From positions 2,812 to 66,811 of the forward strand of contig DASTVZ010000172.1 in NCBI GenBank assembly GCA_035758845.1: a DNA stretch of 64,000 nt, given 5' to 3'. Below the pieces are notes generated by a model, which saw nothing but the letters and a program-made list of their open reading frames with translations, ran no database searches and was not told where the DNA came from. The stretch is from Vicinamibacterales bacterium. GTDB taxonomy: Bacteria; Acidobacteriota; Vicinamibacteria; Vicinamibacterales; 2-12-FULL-66-21. Position numbers and translations under genes: made by a program. The number at the start of each line of letters is the position of its first letter. The first letter of the stretch is position 1. Positions 39,507 through 48,411 of the stretch are shown one piece after another.

Positions 39507-39595
39507 GATCGCACTGGCTCGACCAGAGTCATTCACGGCTCGACTGTACTTCAACTCGGGTACACGGTTTGCGACTGGACCGGTGGAGGTCAACG

Positions 39596-39853
39596 ATGGC
39601 GGATAAAGACACGCCGAACCGCGCCGCGAACAAGGACAAAGCCGAAGGTGAACGGTGGCAGTCAGAGGAAGGTGTGATTCCGAATTCCGAGAGCAGCACC
39701 GACCGCCGATATAAAGACGACGATGGCGACAACGCTGGCGGCATCACCAACCGCCCGATCGGTGAAGAGATCGACAATCAAAACGCGCTGCCAGACCGGG
39801 GACGGTCGCAGGATGACGAGCAGGTTCGCAATAACGAGGATGTTGAGCGATGA
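39596..39853 (+). CDS. Small, highly charged disordered protein (hydrophilin/stress-protein-like), hypothetical
   Basis: The ATG is preceded by GGAGG at -7 to -12. MADKDTPNRAANKDKAEGERWQSEEGV...DDDGDNAGG...QDDEQVRNNEDVER. Third-codon-position GC is moderately enriched. Confidence 0.45.
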   Translation: MADKDTPNRAANKDKAEGERWQSEEGVIPNSESSTDRRYKDDDGDNAGGITNRPIGEEIDNQNALPDRGRSQDDEQVRNNEDVER

Positions 39854-40131
39854 CCGACTATCCTGGCGGCCGCAGAAACCCGCCCGACGACCCGACAGAT
39901 GAACCAGCGTCGGATCCGGTCCCAACCGGTGACGACGTTGTGAACCGTCACCGGCGTGGACACGACACGCCCAGGCAATACGAAAAACCTGGAGACAGAT
40001 CGGGATCCGTTGACCGTCCCTCGACGGGCTCGGGATGCCCTGAGCTTGTCGAAGGACGGGATCCGGGATCCGGTGCCGCGCACGGAGCCCACAGGGCGCG
40101 ACCCGTTGTCCGGGATCTGGGATCCGAATAG
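39850..40131 (+). CDS. Second small Pro/Asp-rich hypothetical ORF (its 3' part runs through a REP-like element)
   Basis: ATGA overlap with the preceding ORF. MTDYPGGRRNPPDDPTDEPASDPVPTGDD... The C-terminal half is a translation of the repeat at 39985-40135, so the true extent is doubtful. Confidence 0.25.
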   Translation: MTDYPGGRRNPPDDPTDEPASDPVPTGDDVVNRHRRGHDTPRQYEKPGDRSGSVDRPSTGSGCPELVEGRDPGSGAAHGAHRARPVVRDLGSE

Positions 40132-40135
40132 TGAA
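39985..40135. repeat. REP-like element, inverted copy of the 29257-29345 family
   Basis: CCCTCGACGGGCTCGGGATGCCCTGAGCTTGTCGAAGG (core about 40015-40056), flanked by GGGATCCG/GGATCCGGGATCC/GGGATCTGGGATCC words. Confidence 0.8.
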
Positions 40136-40172
40136 CCTTCGCCTGAAGGCGGAAGCCAGGTGTGTCGCTCGG

Positions 40173-40889
40173 TCAGAATAGATACGCTATCGAACCCGCG
40201 ACCGTTGGCACGGTGCGCGTCGTGTCGCTGGAATCAGCGCCGCCGGTCCGCCGCGAGATGCCCGCCTCCGCGCGCACGCCGAATCTGTGCTTTCCTTGCC
40301 CGAACCAGTAATGCAGCCCACCGCCGACATGAAACTCGCGACCCGTTTCGATCACTTCGTTCTTGTCGTGAGCGTCGCGAAGGTAACCTCCACCACCGAG
40401 AACAAAGGGCACGCCCTTTCCTCCCCCAAACGATGCACCCGTGAGATGGAACAACGCCGATCCGTCGATGATGAGACGGGTCAATGTTTCGGTTGCGGTA
40501 ATGTCCGGCGCGGACTCGGCATCGCCGGTCAGGCGCGTCGAAATACCGGGACGCGCCACGAGTACGCCGCCTTCGATCGACAACGACGCCGCGAGATACG
40601 CGCCCAGCCTGCCCTGCAATCCGGGTGAGGCGTCGGCTCGAGAACTCGAGGAGAACAACACGAAGGGACCGGTGCCGGTCCCGGTGTTTCGTGTTTCTTC
40701 AGCAGATGTGGACCCGAGGTCGTAACCGCCTGACCACACGGCTCCGCCGCTGATTTCCAAATTGCCACGGTGAGGAATGTCGGACCCGATGTAGACCTGG
40801 GCGGCGGCCGAATGTGGAGAAGCGCTCCACACAAGAACGAGAAACGAAGTGACGTGAAGCAGTCGCACGATCCGTGTGGGGCGAATCAT
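40173..40889 (-). CDS. Outer-membrane beta-barrel protein (OmpA-like/porin family)
   Basis: Signal peptide ..LVLVWSASPHSAAA. Alternating beta-strand pattern, Gly/Ser/Thr-rich loops and C-terminal GSIAYLF. Confidence 0.7.
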   Translation of the reverse strand: MIRPTRIVRLLHVTSFLVLVWSASPHSAAAQVYIGSDIPHRGNLEISGGAVWSGGYDLGSTSAEETRNTGTGTGPFVLFSSSSRADASPGLQGRLGAYLAASLSIEGGVLVARPGISTRLTGDAESAPDITATETLTRLIIDGSALFHLTGASFGGGKGVPFVLGGGGYLRDAHDKNEVIETGREFHVGGGLHYWFGQGKHRFGVRAEAGISRRTGGADSSDTTRTVPTVAGSIAYLF

Positions 40890-41884
40890 TTCGCCACCAC
40901 TTTGAGTTCGACTCCAGCGGTGCCTCCTCCTTTGGGCACGACGACGATCTTGTCGTAGAACTGCGGCTGGAAGTTCACATCAATGTTCATCGTGGCATCA
41001 AAAAAGCTTTCGATGTCGCCGTCGTCCAGTGGCTCGACGCGCACAACGTGCGGCCCCGGATCCAGACCGGCAATGACGAAGTTGCCGTCCTCGCTCAACG
41101 AAAATCCTCCGACCAGCGTCTGCGTGCGCATGTCGAACGCGATGACATGCGCGCCAAGCACGCCGGTGCCGTTCTTGGTCACCTTGCCGCTGATGCTTCC
41201 CGTGTTTCGGGTGTAGGTCGAATTCGGGTAGATGTCGCCGATCCCCGCGATGTCGTCTGCTTTCAACGTGCGTCCGAGGATGGTGCCGGCCGAAAACGCA
41301 ATCGGGAACATCACCGCCTCGGCGGCAATCACGCGACGGCCTCCGGCGCGGAGTTCCGTCTCCCCCATCGCCGAGTGCGCAAGCCCCTGAAGATGTCCGA
41401 TCTCGTGAAGGGCAATCGACTGCAGGTCGAACAGTCCTGTTTCCCCCTGCGCTGAACCAGACCAGGGAAACGCGGTGTTAAAGAAGATGTCCGATTCGAC
41501 GATTGCGCCGGTGGTGGTATCGATGATGAAGGACGTGGCGCCAAGCGTTCGCTCGAGGTCAGGGCGGTTCTGAAAGCCGATCACCGTTGCGCCATCTCGC
41601 GACGAAGGATTGGCGAGCGTAAACCCGACAAATTCCGATGAGGTTGTTGCCGTCGGCACCGCGGCCCACGTGCTGAACGCGGCCTGCACCGCCTGTTGAA
41701 GTTGTGTCGACGTGACGCCGGTCGTTCCGCGATCGGTGAGAAAATACCGAATCGGGAACTGCGACCACTTCAGCGTTATGGTGCGGGTGCCGACCCTGGT
41801 GCCCAGCTTCAAATAGGCTGCGGTCGGTGCCGAGAACACGGCGACGAGTGCGCCGGTGAGAAACAGAACCGCGCCGCGGGTCAT
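40886..41884 (-). CDS. Secreted matrixin (M10) zinc metalloprotease with a carboxypeptidase-regulatory-like C-terminal domain
   Basis: Signal peptide. HEIGHLQGLAHS (HExxHxxGxxH) plus the Met-turn AVMFP. C-terminal GKVTKNGTGVLGAHVIAFD beta-sandwich. Confidence 0.85.
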   Translation of the reverse strand: MTRGAVLFLTGALVAVFSAPTAAYLKLGTRVGTRTITLKWSQFPIRYFLTDRGTTGVTSTQLQQAVQAAFSTWAAVPTATTSSEFVGFTLANPSSRDGATVIGFQNRPDLERTLGATSFIIDTTTGAIVESDIFFNTAFPWSGSAQGETGLFDLQSIALHEIGHLQGLAHSAMGETELRAGGRRVIAAEAVMFPIAFSAGTILGRTLKADDIAGIGDIYPNSTYTRNTGSISGKVTKNGTGVLGAHVIAFDMRTQTLVGGFSLSEDGNFVIAGLDPGPHVVRVEPLDDGDIESFFDATMNIDVNFQPQFYDKIVVVPKGGGTAGVELKVVAK

Positions 41885-42432
41885 CGCGCGCCCCCGGACA
41901 TCGCCTGGCGAACCGTGGCGGCGAACTCGTCCAGGGAAAGCTGGCGCCGGTTGCGGTCACCGCGTGCGATTGGCTGCGTCGCATCGCCATCGGCGATCAG
42001 CACCGGCGGCACCACCAGTCGTCGGCCGGTGCGACCGTCCACCTTGACACGATACAGCCCCTGACTCAGCCCGAAAATGTGCGCGATCGACGGACCAGAC
42101 GCGCTCAAGAAAAGAACGGCCTCTTCACCGGGCTGCAACTGCGGCGCGCCGATCATCACATTGCGATAACGCCCGACCTGTCCACCGGGAACACGGAACG
42201 TGACGGTGGACCCCGGTCCACCCTTGAGATACGACCCGGCCATCACCGTCACGATCGAGTCGATGCGGCTGCGATCGTCGGACCATTCGGCGCGCACGGA
42301 GGACACGCGCCCGTAAACGATGATTTGCGATCCCGTGACGATTTCGTGGAACTCGGCGGGAACCAGAACCGTGGCGCGCAACTCGCGCGCGCACAACAAC
42401 AACATGAGGATCAAAATGAATCGACGCATCAT
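41881..42432 (-). CDS. Secreted hypothetical protein (predicted all-beta), first gene of the matrixin operon
   Basis: Signal peptide MMRRFILILMLLLCARELRA. No recognisable catalytic motif. A 4-nt overlap joins it to the matrixin gene. Confidence 0.6.
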   Translation of the reverse strand: MMRRFILILMLLLCARELRATVLVPAEFHEIVTGSQIIVYGRVSSVRAEWSDDRSRIDSIVTVMAGSYLKGGPGSTVTFRVPGGQVGRYRNVMIGAPQLQPGEEAVLFLSASGPSIAHIFGLSQGLYRVKVDGRTGRRLVVPPVLIADGDATQPIARGDRNRRQLSLDEFAATVRQAMSGGAR

Positions 42433-42492
42433 CGCAGTCTAGCAAAAGGGAAAAGGCAAAAGGGAGAAGGGAAAAGGGAAGGCAAAAACGGT
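42433..42492. repeat. GGCAAAAGGG-word element (single arm)
   Basis: GCAAAAGGGAAAAGGCAAAAGGGAGAAGGGAAAAGGGAAGGCAAAAAC between the matrixin-operon start and the lpxB stop. Confidence 0.75.
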
Positions 42493-43614
42493 TCAGGATT
42501 TGTGAGCCACGTCAAGGACTGCTTGCGCGGCGCGCAAACTCGCCCCGCGTGTGCCAAGACGCGTGTGGACCTCACGTAGATCGCGGCGCACTGCGGCCGC
42601 CTTCGCGGGATCGGTGAGCACGCGAAGCGCCTCGTCAGCGACACGCTCCGGCGTGAAATCGTGTTGAATCAGCTCTGGTACGACGCGCCTGCCAGCCACG
42701 AGATTCGCCATCGCATAGGTGTTGACGTGGACGAATGGTTTGCCAAGACGATAAGTGAGCGAAGAGAGCCGATAGACGACGACCATGGGGCATTCGTGCA
42801 ACGCCGCCTGCACGGTCACCGTGCCTGACGCGACCAGGGCAACATCCGCGGTTGCGAGCACATCGTCGCTGCGCCCTTCCACGATCGCCACTCCGGCACC
42901 GAGATGCTCGACAAGCGCGAATAGCGAATCGGCCAGGTGCGGGGCGCGCGCGACGACAAACTGCACGCCGGCGAGCGTCTTGCGAATCATCATTGCCGCG
43001 CGGACGAGGTCCGGCAGAATTGCGTGAACCTCATTCCGGCGACTGCCGGGCAGCAGCGCGACGACCGGTCGCGCCGGATCGAGTCTCAACCCGATCAGGA
43101 ATTCAGCCCGTCGCGGCGGCGCCGGCGTGATGTCGAGGAGTGGATGCCCGACCCATTGCACTGGGATCCCGGCCTCGCGATAGATCGCTTCTTCAAACGG
43201 GAAGATGACGAGCACGCGATCGGCAATCCGCCGCATCGTCTTCATTCGGCCGCGGCGCCAGGCCCAAAGCTGCGGGCTGATATAGTAAACGGTCGGCACG
43301 CCCAGCCTCCGAATCGCGCGCGCGAGTACGAAGTTGAAGTCAGGAAAGTCGATGGCGACGAAGACATCCGGCCGACGTGCCTTCGCTTCGCGGATGAGCG
43401 TACGATAGGTGGCATACGTGCGCGGCAAGAGGCGGGCGACTTCGAGTAGACCGGTGACGGACAGTCCGCTGAAGTCCGCGGTGAGTTGAGCGCCGGCCTC
43501 TCGAAGGCGACGACCACCGAGTCCCACGATCGTCGTACCAGGGTCGAGGCGAAGAAGCTCTGTAGCGAGCGCGCCGGCGTAAAGGTCGCCCGAGGGCTCG
43601 CCGCACGAGATCAT
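42493..43614 (-). CDS. lpxB: Lipid-A-disaccharide synthase
   Basis: From the internal ATG (aa 34): MISCGEPSGDLYAGALATELLRL.., YYISPQLWAWR and LLPGSRRNEV. Confidence 0.9.
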   Translation of the reverse strand: MISCGEPSGDLYAGALATELLRLDPGTTIVGLGGRRLREAGAQLTADFSGLSVTGLLEVARLLPRTYATYRTLIREAKARRPDVFVAIDFPDFNFVLARAIRRLGVPTVYYISPQLWAWRRGRMKTMRRIADRVLVIFPFEEAIYREAGIPVQWVGHPLLDITPAPPRRAEFLIGLRLDPARPVVALLPGSRRNEVHAILPDLVRAAMMIRKTLAGVQFVVARAPHLADSLFALVEHLGAGVAIVEGRSDDVLATADVALVASGTVTVQAALHECPMVVVYRLSSLTYRLGKPFVHVNTYAMANLVAGRRVVPELIQHDFTPERVADEALRVLTDPAKAAAVRRDLREVHTRLGTRGASLRAAQAVLDVAHKS

Positions 43615-43630
43615 CACGCGCACGGAGGAA

Positions 43631-45844
43631 TCAACTTGGCTTGTTGAAGAGCGCGGGATCGACCGGCACGTTGAACTCGAACGTTCGCAACGTCCTTTGC
43701 ACTGCGGGCGCACCGTCGCGGCGAACCTCGGTCGTGAAGGGCACCTTCAGCCCCTTCACATCACGGTAGTTCGAGTAAATCTCCTCGACGTGTACCTCGC
43801 CAGCGGGGCCGGGCATCCGGTATTTCGATTTGGCAAGAAGGGTCGTCACGGGATCGAAGATCAGCGTCAGTGACGTGCTGCCAGGAAGCGCAACTTCGAG
43901 GGCAGGCATCTTTCTCTCGTTCTCCGCCACCTCGGACAGTGAAGCCAAAATCTTGCCATCGTGCAATGCCAGCAGCAGTGGCACCGTATCACGCTGAACG
44001 TTGCCGCGAATCACGGCGGCCATGCTTTCCGGTGCGTCGTGCACCCCGTTCGGGTCCTGGACCCAGTACTTGCCGGCGCTGAACACCTGGACCAAACGGC
44101 CAGCTGGCGTCATCGCGTCGGTTCTGAATGCGCCGGGATAGCGAATGGTCGTTGTGCTCGGCAGATCCGTGTTGATGCCGTTCGACTGGACCGTCGCCAC
44201 TGATTCGGCCCGTACCGTCTGGATCGAGCGCAGCAGATTCAACCCGCCCTTGGCAGCAACGGCGCGAGCGATCAGCGCGCGCACCCGATCATCGTTGGTA
44301 TTGGCGGAGCCGGGCGTGCCGGCCGGCGCTGTCTGGTGATACGAGACCGGCTCGAGACGGCCAGGACGCGGCGGCGCGTGGCGCTTCAGATCCGGCGCCG
44401 CCAAGTCGAGCTCGGAAATCGGAATGCGTTCGACCTGATCGAAACCCACGCCGGGGAGATCCTTGGCAAAGATCGACGCGTCGCCGACGAGCACGATCGA
44501 GAGTTTGTCCGGACGCAGGTACTGCTGCGCGACCCGCTGGATGTCTTCAACGCTGATCGCGTTCACCCGTTCGCGATATGTCTGCAGCTCATTGAGATCC
44601 AGACCGTAAAACACCGCGTTGAGCACCTGCAGCGCAATCGCGCTGGGGGTTTCCACCGTCAACGGAAAACTGCCGGTCAAGTATTCCTGCGCATCCGAGA
44701 GCTCGCGCTGTTGCACGCGCTGACGCTGGAGGCGCACGATCTCCTCGACGATGATGCGCAGCGCTTCTGCCGTCTTTTCCGAGCGCGTGTCGGTTTCGGC
44801 GACGATGTCCCCGGTGTCCTTGAGCGCATTGAGGTCGGCCGATGCTCCGTAGGTCAGGCCGCGTTCCGACCGCAGCACGCGGTGCAGCCGGTTGCCACCC
44901 TCGCCGCCGAGGATCTTGGTCGCGATGTCGAGGGCGAGATAGTCCGGATGCCGCCGTGGAAGCGAAATATTGCCGACACGGATTTCCGTCTGCGCCGCGC
45001 CAGGACGATCGATGATCACGACACGTCGCGTCGAAGGTGGCGCTTCCTCGCCCTTGATCGTCGGCAGGTCCACTCGTTCCCACGATCCAAACGCACGCTG
45101 AGCGCCGTCAAAGGCCTCTTCAGGCGTGACATCCCCCACCACCGCGAGGATCGCGTTGTTCGCACCGAACCAGCGCTTGTGAAAGGCAAGCAAATCGTCG
45201 CGTGAGATCGCGGCGATAGAATCGGGCGTGCCCGAGTCCGGTTTCCCATACGGGTGAAACCCGTAGACCAGGCGGTCGAACACCACGCCGGCCAGATAAT
45301 CAGGGTCGTCGTAGCTGACCTTCAGCCCGGAAACAATCTGCTGCCGTTGCCGATCGATCTCTTCGTTTGCAAACGCCGGATGACGCGCCAGATCGGAGAC
45401 GAGATCCAGCGCCAGGCCCAGGCTGTCTTTCATCACCGCGGCATTAATAAAGGTGATGTCGCTGCCCGCCCCGGCGCCGATGGCGCCGCCAATCGAATCA
45501 ATCGTGCTGGCGACCTGCTCGGCGTTCTTGCTCGTCGTGCCCTGATCGAGCAGCGATGCCGCGAGATACGCAACGCCTGGCTTGTTCGACGGATCCTGCG
45601 CACCGCCAGCTCTGACCAGGAGCCGCAGGCTGACCGCGGGCTGTTCGTGATGCGAGACGGCGACGACCTGCAGGCCGTTGGGCAGTGTTCGGATCTGATA
45701 GAGAGGGAAACTGCTCGACCGAGCGGGCAATGGCCGTGGCGGACGTTCCGCGGGCCAGTCAGTAACCTGGGCGGACAGCGGGCTCGCGATCGTTAGCGCC
45801 AGGATCACTGCACAGGACGAAAGAGTCGGCCGAGGTCGCATCAA
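43631..45844 (-). CDS. M16 (pitrilysin) family peptidase, non-catalytic subunit type, with an extra ~260-aa C-terminal beta-rich domain
   Basis: Signal peptide. M16/M16_C core without HxxEH. The additional C-terminal region is ...GGLNLLRSIQTVRAES...YWVQDPNG...FNKPS. Confidence 0.8.
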   Translation of the reverse strand: MMRPRPTLSSCAVILALTIASPLSAQVTDWPAERPPRPLPARSSSFPLYQIRTLPNGLQVVAVSHHEQPAVSLRLLVRAGGAQDPSNKPGVAYLAASLLDQGTTSKNAEQVASTIDSIGGAIGAGAGSDITFINAAVMKDSLGLALDLVSDLARHPAFANEEIDRQRQQIVSGLKVSYDDPDYLAGVVFDRLVYGFHPYGKPDSGTPDSIAAISRDDLLAFHKRWFGANNAILAVVGDVTPEEAFDGAQRAFGSWERVDLPTIKGEEAPPSTRRVVIIDRPGAAQTEIRVGNISLPRRHPDYLALDIATKILGGEGGNRLHRVLRSERGLTYGASADLNALKDTGDIVAETDTRSEKTAEALRIIVEEIVRLQRQRVQQRELSDAQEYLTGSFPLTVETPSAIALQVLNAVFYGLDLNELQTYRERVNAISVEDIQRVAQQYLRPDKLSIVLVGDASIFAKDLPGVGFDQVERIPISELDLAAPDLKRHAPPRPGRLEPVSYHQTAPAGTPGSANTNDDRVRALIARAVAAKGGLNLLRSIQTVRAESVATVQSNGINTDLPSTTTIRYPGAFRTDAMTPAGRLVQVFSAGKYWVQDPNGVHDAPESMAAVIRGNVQRDTVPLLLALHDGKILASLSEVAENERKMPALEVALPGSTSLTLIFDPVTTLLAKSKYRMPGPAGEVHVEEIYSNYRDVKGLKVPFTTEVRRDGAPAVQRTLRTFEFNVPVDPALFNKPS

Positions 45845-47208
45845 CGAGGGCCCCCGCTGCCGTTCCCTTTGGGCATCACCGTCATCACGAGGCGGTTCTC
45901 CGGCGTGAAGTATTTGCGCGCCACACGTTGAACATCTGCCTGCGTGATATTCATGAAGATGTCGAACTCACCGTCCGCCGTCTTGATGTCGTTATGAATG
46001 ACGGCAGCATGTCCGAGCTGCATGGCTTTGTCTTTGTTCGACTCGCGACTGAAGATGTAGTCGCGGGCGAACTGATTCTTCGCCTGCTGCAATTCCGCCG
46101 GGGTAATCGGCTCGCTGCGCAGTCGATCGAGCTCGGCAATCAGCGCATCGGCCGCTTCCTCCGGCGTGTGCCCGGGCTGCACGATGGCAACGGCATAAAA
46201 AAGGTTCGGATCCTCGATGATGTTGCCGCCGCCAAACGCGGCGAGCGCGATCTGCTTCTCGTAGACGAGCTTCCGGTAAATCCTCGAGCTCTGACCATCC
46301 GACAACACTTTTGATGCGATGTGCAGTGGATAGGAGTCCGGATCGCCGTCGAACGTGATGTGGTGCGCCACGACCACGGCCGGAAGCGGCCACGACTCCT
46401 CCAGCCTGACGCGCCGTTCCTTGGCCTGCGGCGGCTCCCTCGGAATGTCACGCGGAACTGGCCGCGTGGACTTCGGGATACGACCGAGATACTTGGTGAC
46501 CAGATCCTGCGCTTCCTTTGTATTGAAATCCCCGACCAGCACGAGCGTGGCGTTGTTCGGCACGTAAAAGGTGCGGAAGAAATCGCGGACGTCGTTGATG
46601 GACGCGGCCTCGAGATCCTTCATGCTGCCGATGGTCGGGTGCTTGTAAGGATGGACGGTGAACGCCTGATCGTAGATGAGCTCGTTCAGCCGTCCGTACG
46701 GCTGATTGTCGATGCGCATCCGTCGCTCCTCTTTGACGATCTCGCGTTCCGTCTTGAATACATCCTCGTCGATCCGCAACGTCGCCAGTCGATCGGCTTC
46801 TAACCAGAGCACCAGCGGCAGGTACTGTGCGGGCACGGTTTCCCAGAAGACCGTCGCGTCCTCGGTTGTGTAGGCATTGCTTTGGCCGCCGATGCTGGAA
46901 ATCCAGGATGGATGCCCTTCGGGCTCGACGTTTTTCGAGCCCTTGAACATCATGTGCTCGAACAAATGCGCGAATCCGGTCCGGCCAGGACGCTCGTTTT
47001 TCGAGCCAACGTGATACCAGATTTCGGCATGCACGATCGGCGTCGAATGATCCTCGAGGAAGACGACCTGCATGCCGTTGGCAAGCGTCGTCATCGTGTA
47101 CTCGAGACGCGTCGGGCGCGTCGCGGCCCGTGCAGCAGGGTCAAGTGTCGGGAGGGCGAGCGCCGACACTAGCAGCGCGCTGATCGTTCTGAACAGGGCT
47201 TGTCGCAT
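45841..47208 (-). CDS. M16 (pitrilysin) family zinc peptidase, catalytic subunit
   Basis: Signal peptide. GFAHLFEHMMFKGS (HxxEH). A 4-nt overlap joins it to the downstream M16 gene. Confidence 0.9.
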   Translation of the reverse strand: MRQALFRTISALLVSALALPTLDPAARAATRPTRLEYTMTTLANGMQVVFLEDHSTPIVHAEIWYHVGSKNERPGRTGFAHLFEHMMFKGSKNVEPEGHPSWISSIGGQSNAYTTEDATVFWETVPAQYLPLVLWLEADRLATLRIDEDVFKTEREIVKEERRMRIDNQPYGRLNELIYDQAFTVHPYKHPTIGSMKDLEAASINDVRDFFRTFYVPNNATLVLVGDFNTKEAQDLVTKYLGRIPKSTRPVPRDIPREPPQAKERRVRLEESWPLPAVVVAHHITFDGDPDSYPLHIASKVLSDGQSSRIYRKLVYEKQIALAAFGGGNIIEDPNLFYAVAIVQPGHTPEEAADALIAELDRLRSEPITPAELQQAKNQFARDYIFSRESNKDKAMQLGHAAVIHNDIKTADGEFDIFMNITQADVQRVARKYFTPENRLVMTVMPKGNGSGGPR

Positions 47209-47285
47209 CAGGATAGGCGCGTTTCTCGCTATCGATTATGGCATGCCCTGAGCGAGCGGGGCGATCGCGCGAGTCGAAGGGTGTT

Positions 47286-48311
47286 CTATTTCAGGCGCGC
47301 TTCCACCTCCGCAAGCCTGGCGTCCAGATCGGCGATCGCCTTGCGCAGCTCGGGAAGCTTGCGAAAGATCGCCGACGACTTCAGCCAGTCACGGTTGGTG
47401 ATCGCCGGGTATCCGGAAATGAACGACCCCGGTTCGACCGAGTTGGGAATTCCTGTCTGCGCCGTCGCGATGGTGCCTTTGCCAATAGTGATGTGACCCG
47501 ACACGCCAACTTGTCCGGCGAGAGTGACGCTGTCTTCGATGGTAGTGCTCCCCGCGATCCCAACCTGCGCGGCGAGCAGCGCATTGCGCCCAATGGTGAC
47601 GCCGTGAGCGACCTGGACGAGATTGTCGATCTTCGTCCCGGCACCGATGCGCGTCTCTCCGACCGCCGGGCGATCGATGGCTGAATTCGCGCCAATCTCG
47701 ACATCATCTTCGATGACCACGGCGCCGATCTGCGGGATCTTGTAGTGAGTGCCGTCTGGTTGGGTCGCAAAACCGAATCCGTCGCTGCCAATCACGGCGC
47801 CATCCTGCACCACGACACGATGGCCAATCTGCACGCGCTCGCGGATCGAGACGTGCGTGTGGACGATGCAGTCGTCGCCAATCTGCACGCCGGCACCAAT
47901 CGTGACGTGCGGATACAGGAGCGTGCGCGCTCCAACGCGTGCGCCATCGCCGACGACGCTAAACGCGCCGATGGCTGCGTCAGGCGCAATAGTGGCAGTC
48001 GCCGCAACGTCGGCCAAACGGTGAATGCCTGCGGGGGGACGATTGGTGACGGCAAAGAGTTCTACGGCTTTAGCGAAGGCGAGATAGGGATGCGCGACCC
48101 GCAACATCGCGCAGGGAGCCGGCTCGGCTTTCTCCGACAAGATCACCGCCGAAGCGCGCGTCGCCCTCAGCGCGCGTGAGTATTTTGGATTGGTGAAAAA
48201 CGTGAGATCGCCAGGACCCGCGTCGTCGATGCCGTTGACGCGGAGGATCTCGATCTCACCGTCGCCTTCAAGACGGCATTGAAGCCGGTCGGCGATGTCG
48301 CGGAGTTTCAA
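47286..48311 (-). CDS. lpxD: UDP-3-O-acylglucosamine N-acyltransferase
   Basis: MKLRDIADRLQCRLEGDGEIEILRVNGIDDAGPGDLTFF.NPKY, followed by long hexapeptide (LbH) repeats. Confidence 0.9.
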   Translation of the reverse strand: MKLRDIADRLQCRLEGDGEIEILRVNGIDDAGPGDLTFFTNPKYSRALRATRASAVILSEKAEPAPCAMLRVAHPYLAFAKAVELFAVTNRPPAGIHRLADVAATATIAPDAAIGAFSVVGDGARVGARTLLYPHVTIGAGVQIGDDCIVHTHVSIRERVQIGHRVVVQDGAVIGSDGFGFATQPDGTHYKIPQIGAVVIEDDVEIGANSAIDRPAVGETRIGAGTKIDNLVQVAHGVTIGRNALLAAQVGIAGSTTIEDSVTLAGQVGVSGHITIGKGTIATAQTGIPNSVEPGSFISGYPAITNRDWLKSSAIFRKLPELRKAIADLDARLAEVEARLK

Positions 48312-48411
48312 CGTTCGAAGTATATGTCGAACCCTTCGACTCCCGTTCCAGGTGCGCTCGCTCAGGGCAGGTCAAGCCTGCCTGGCCGCAGCGCGAAGCA
48401 CGAAGGCGGGT

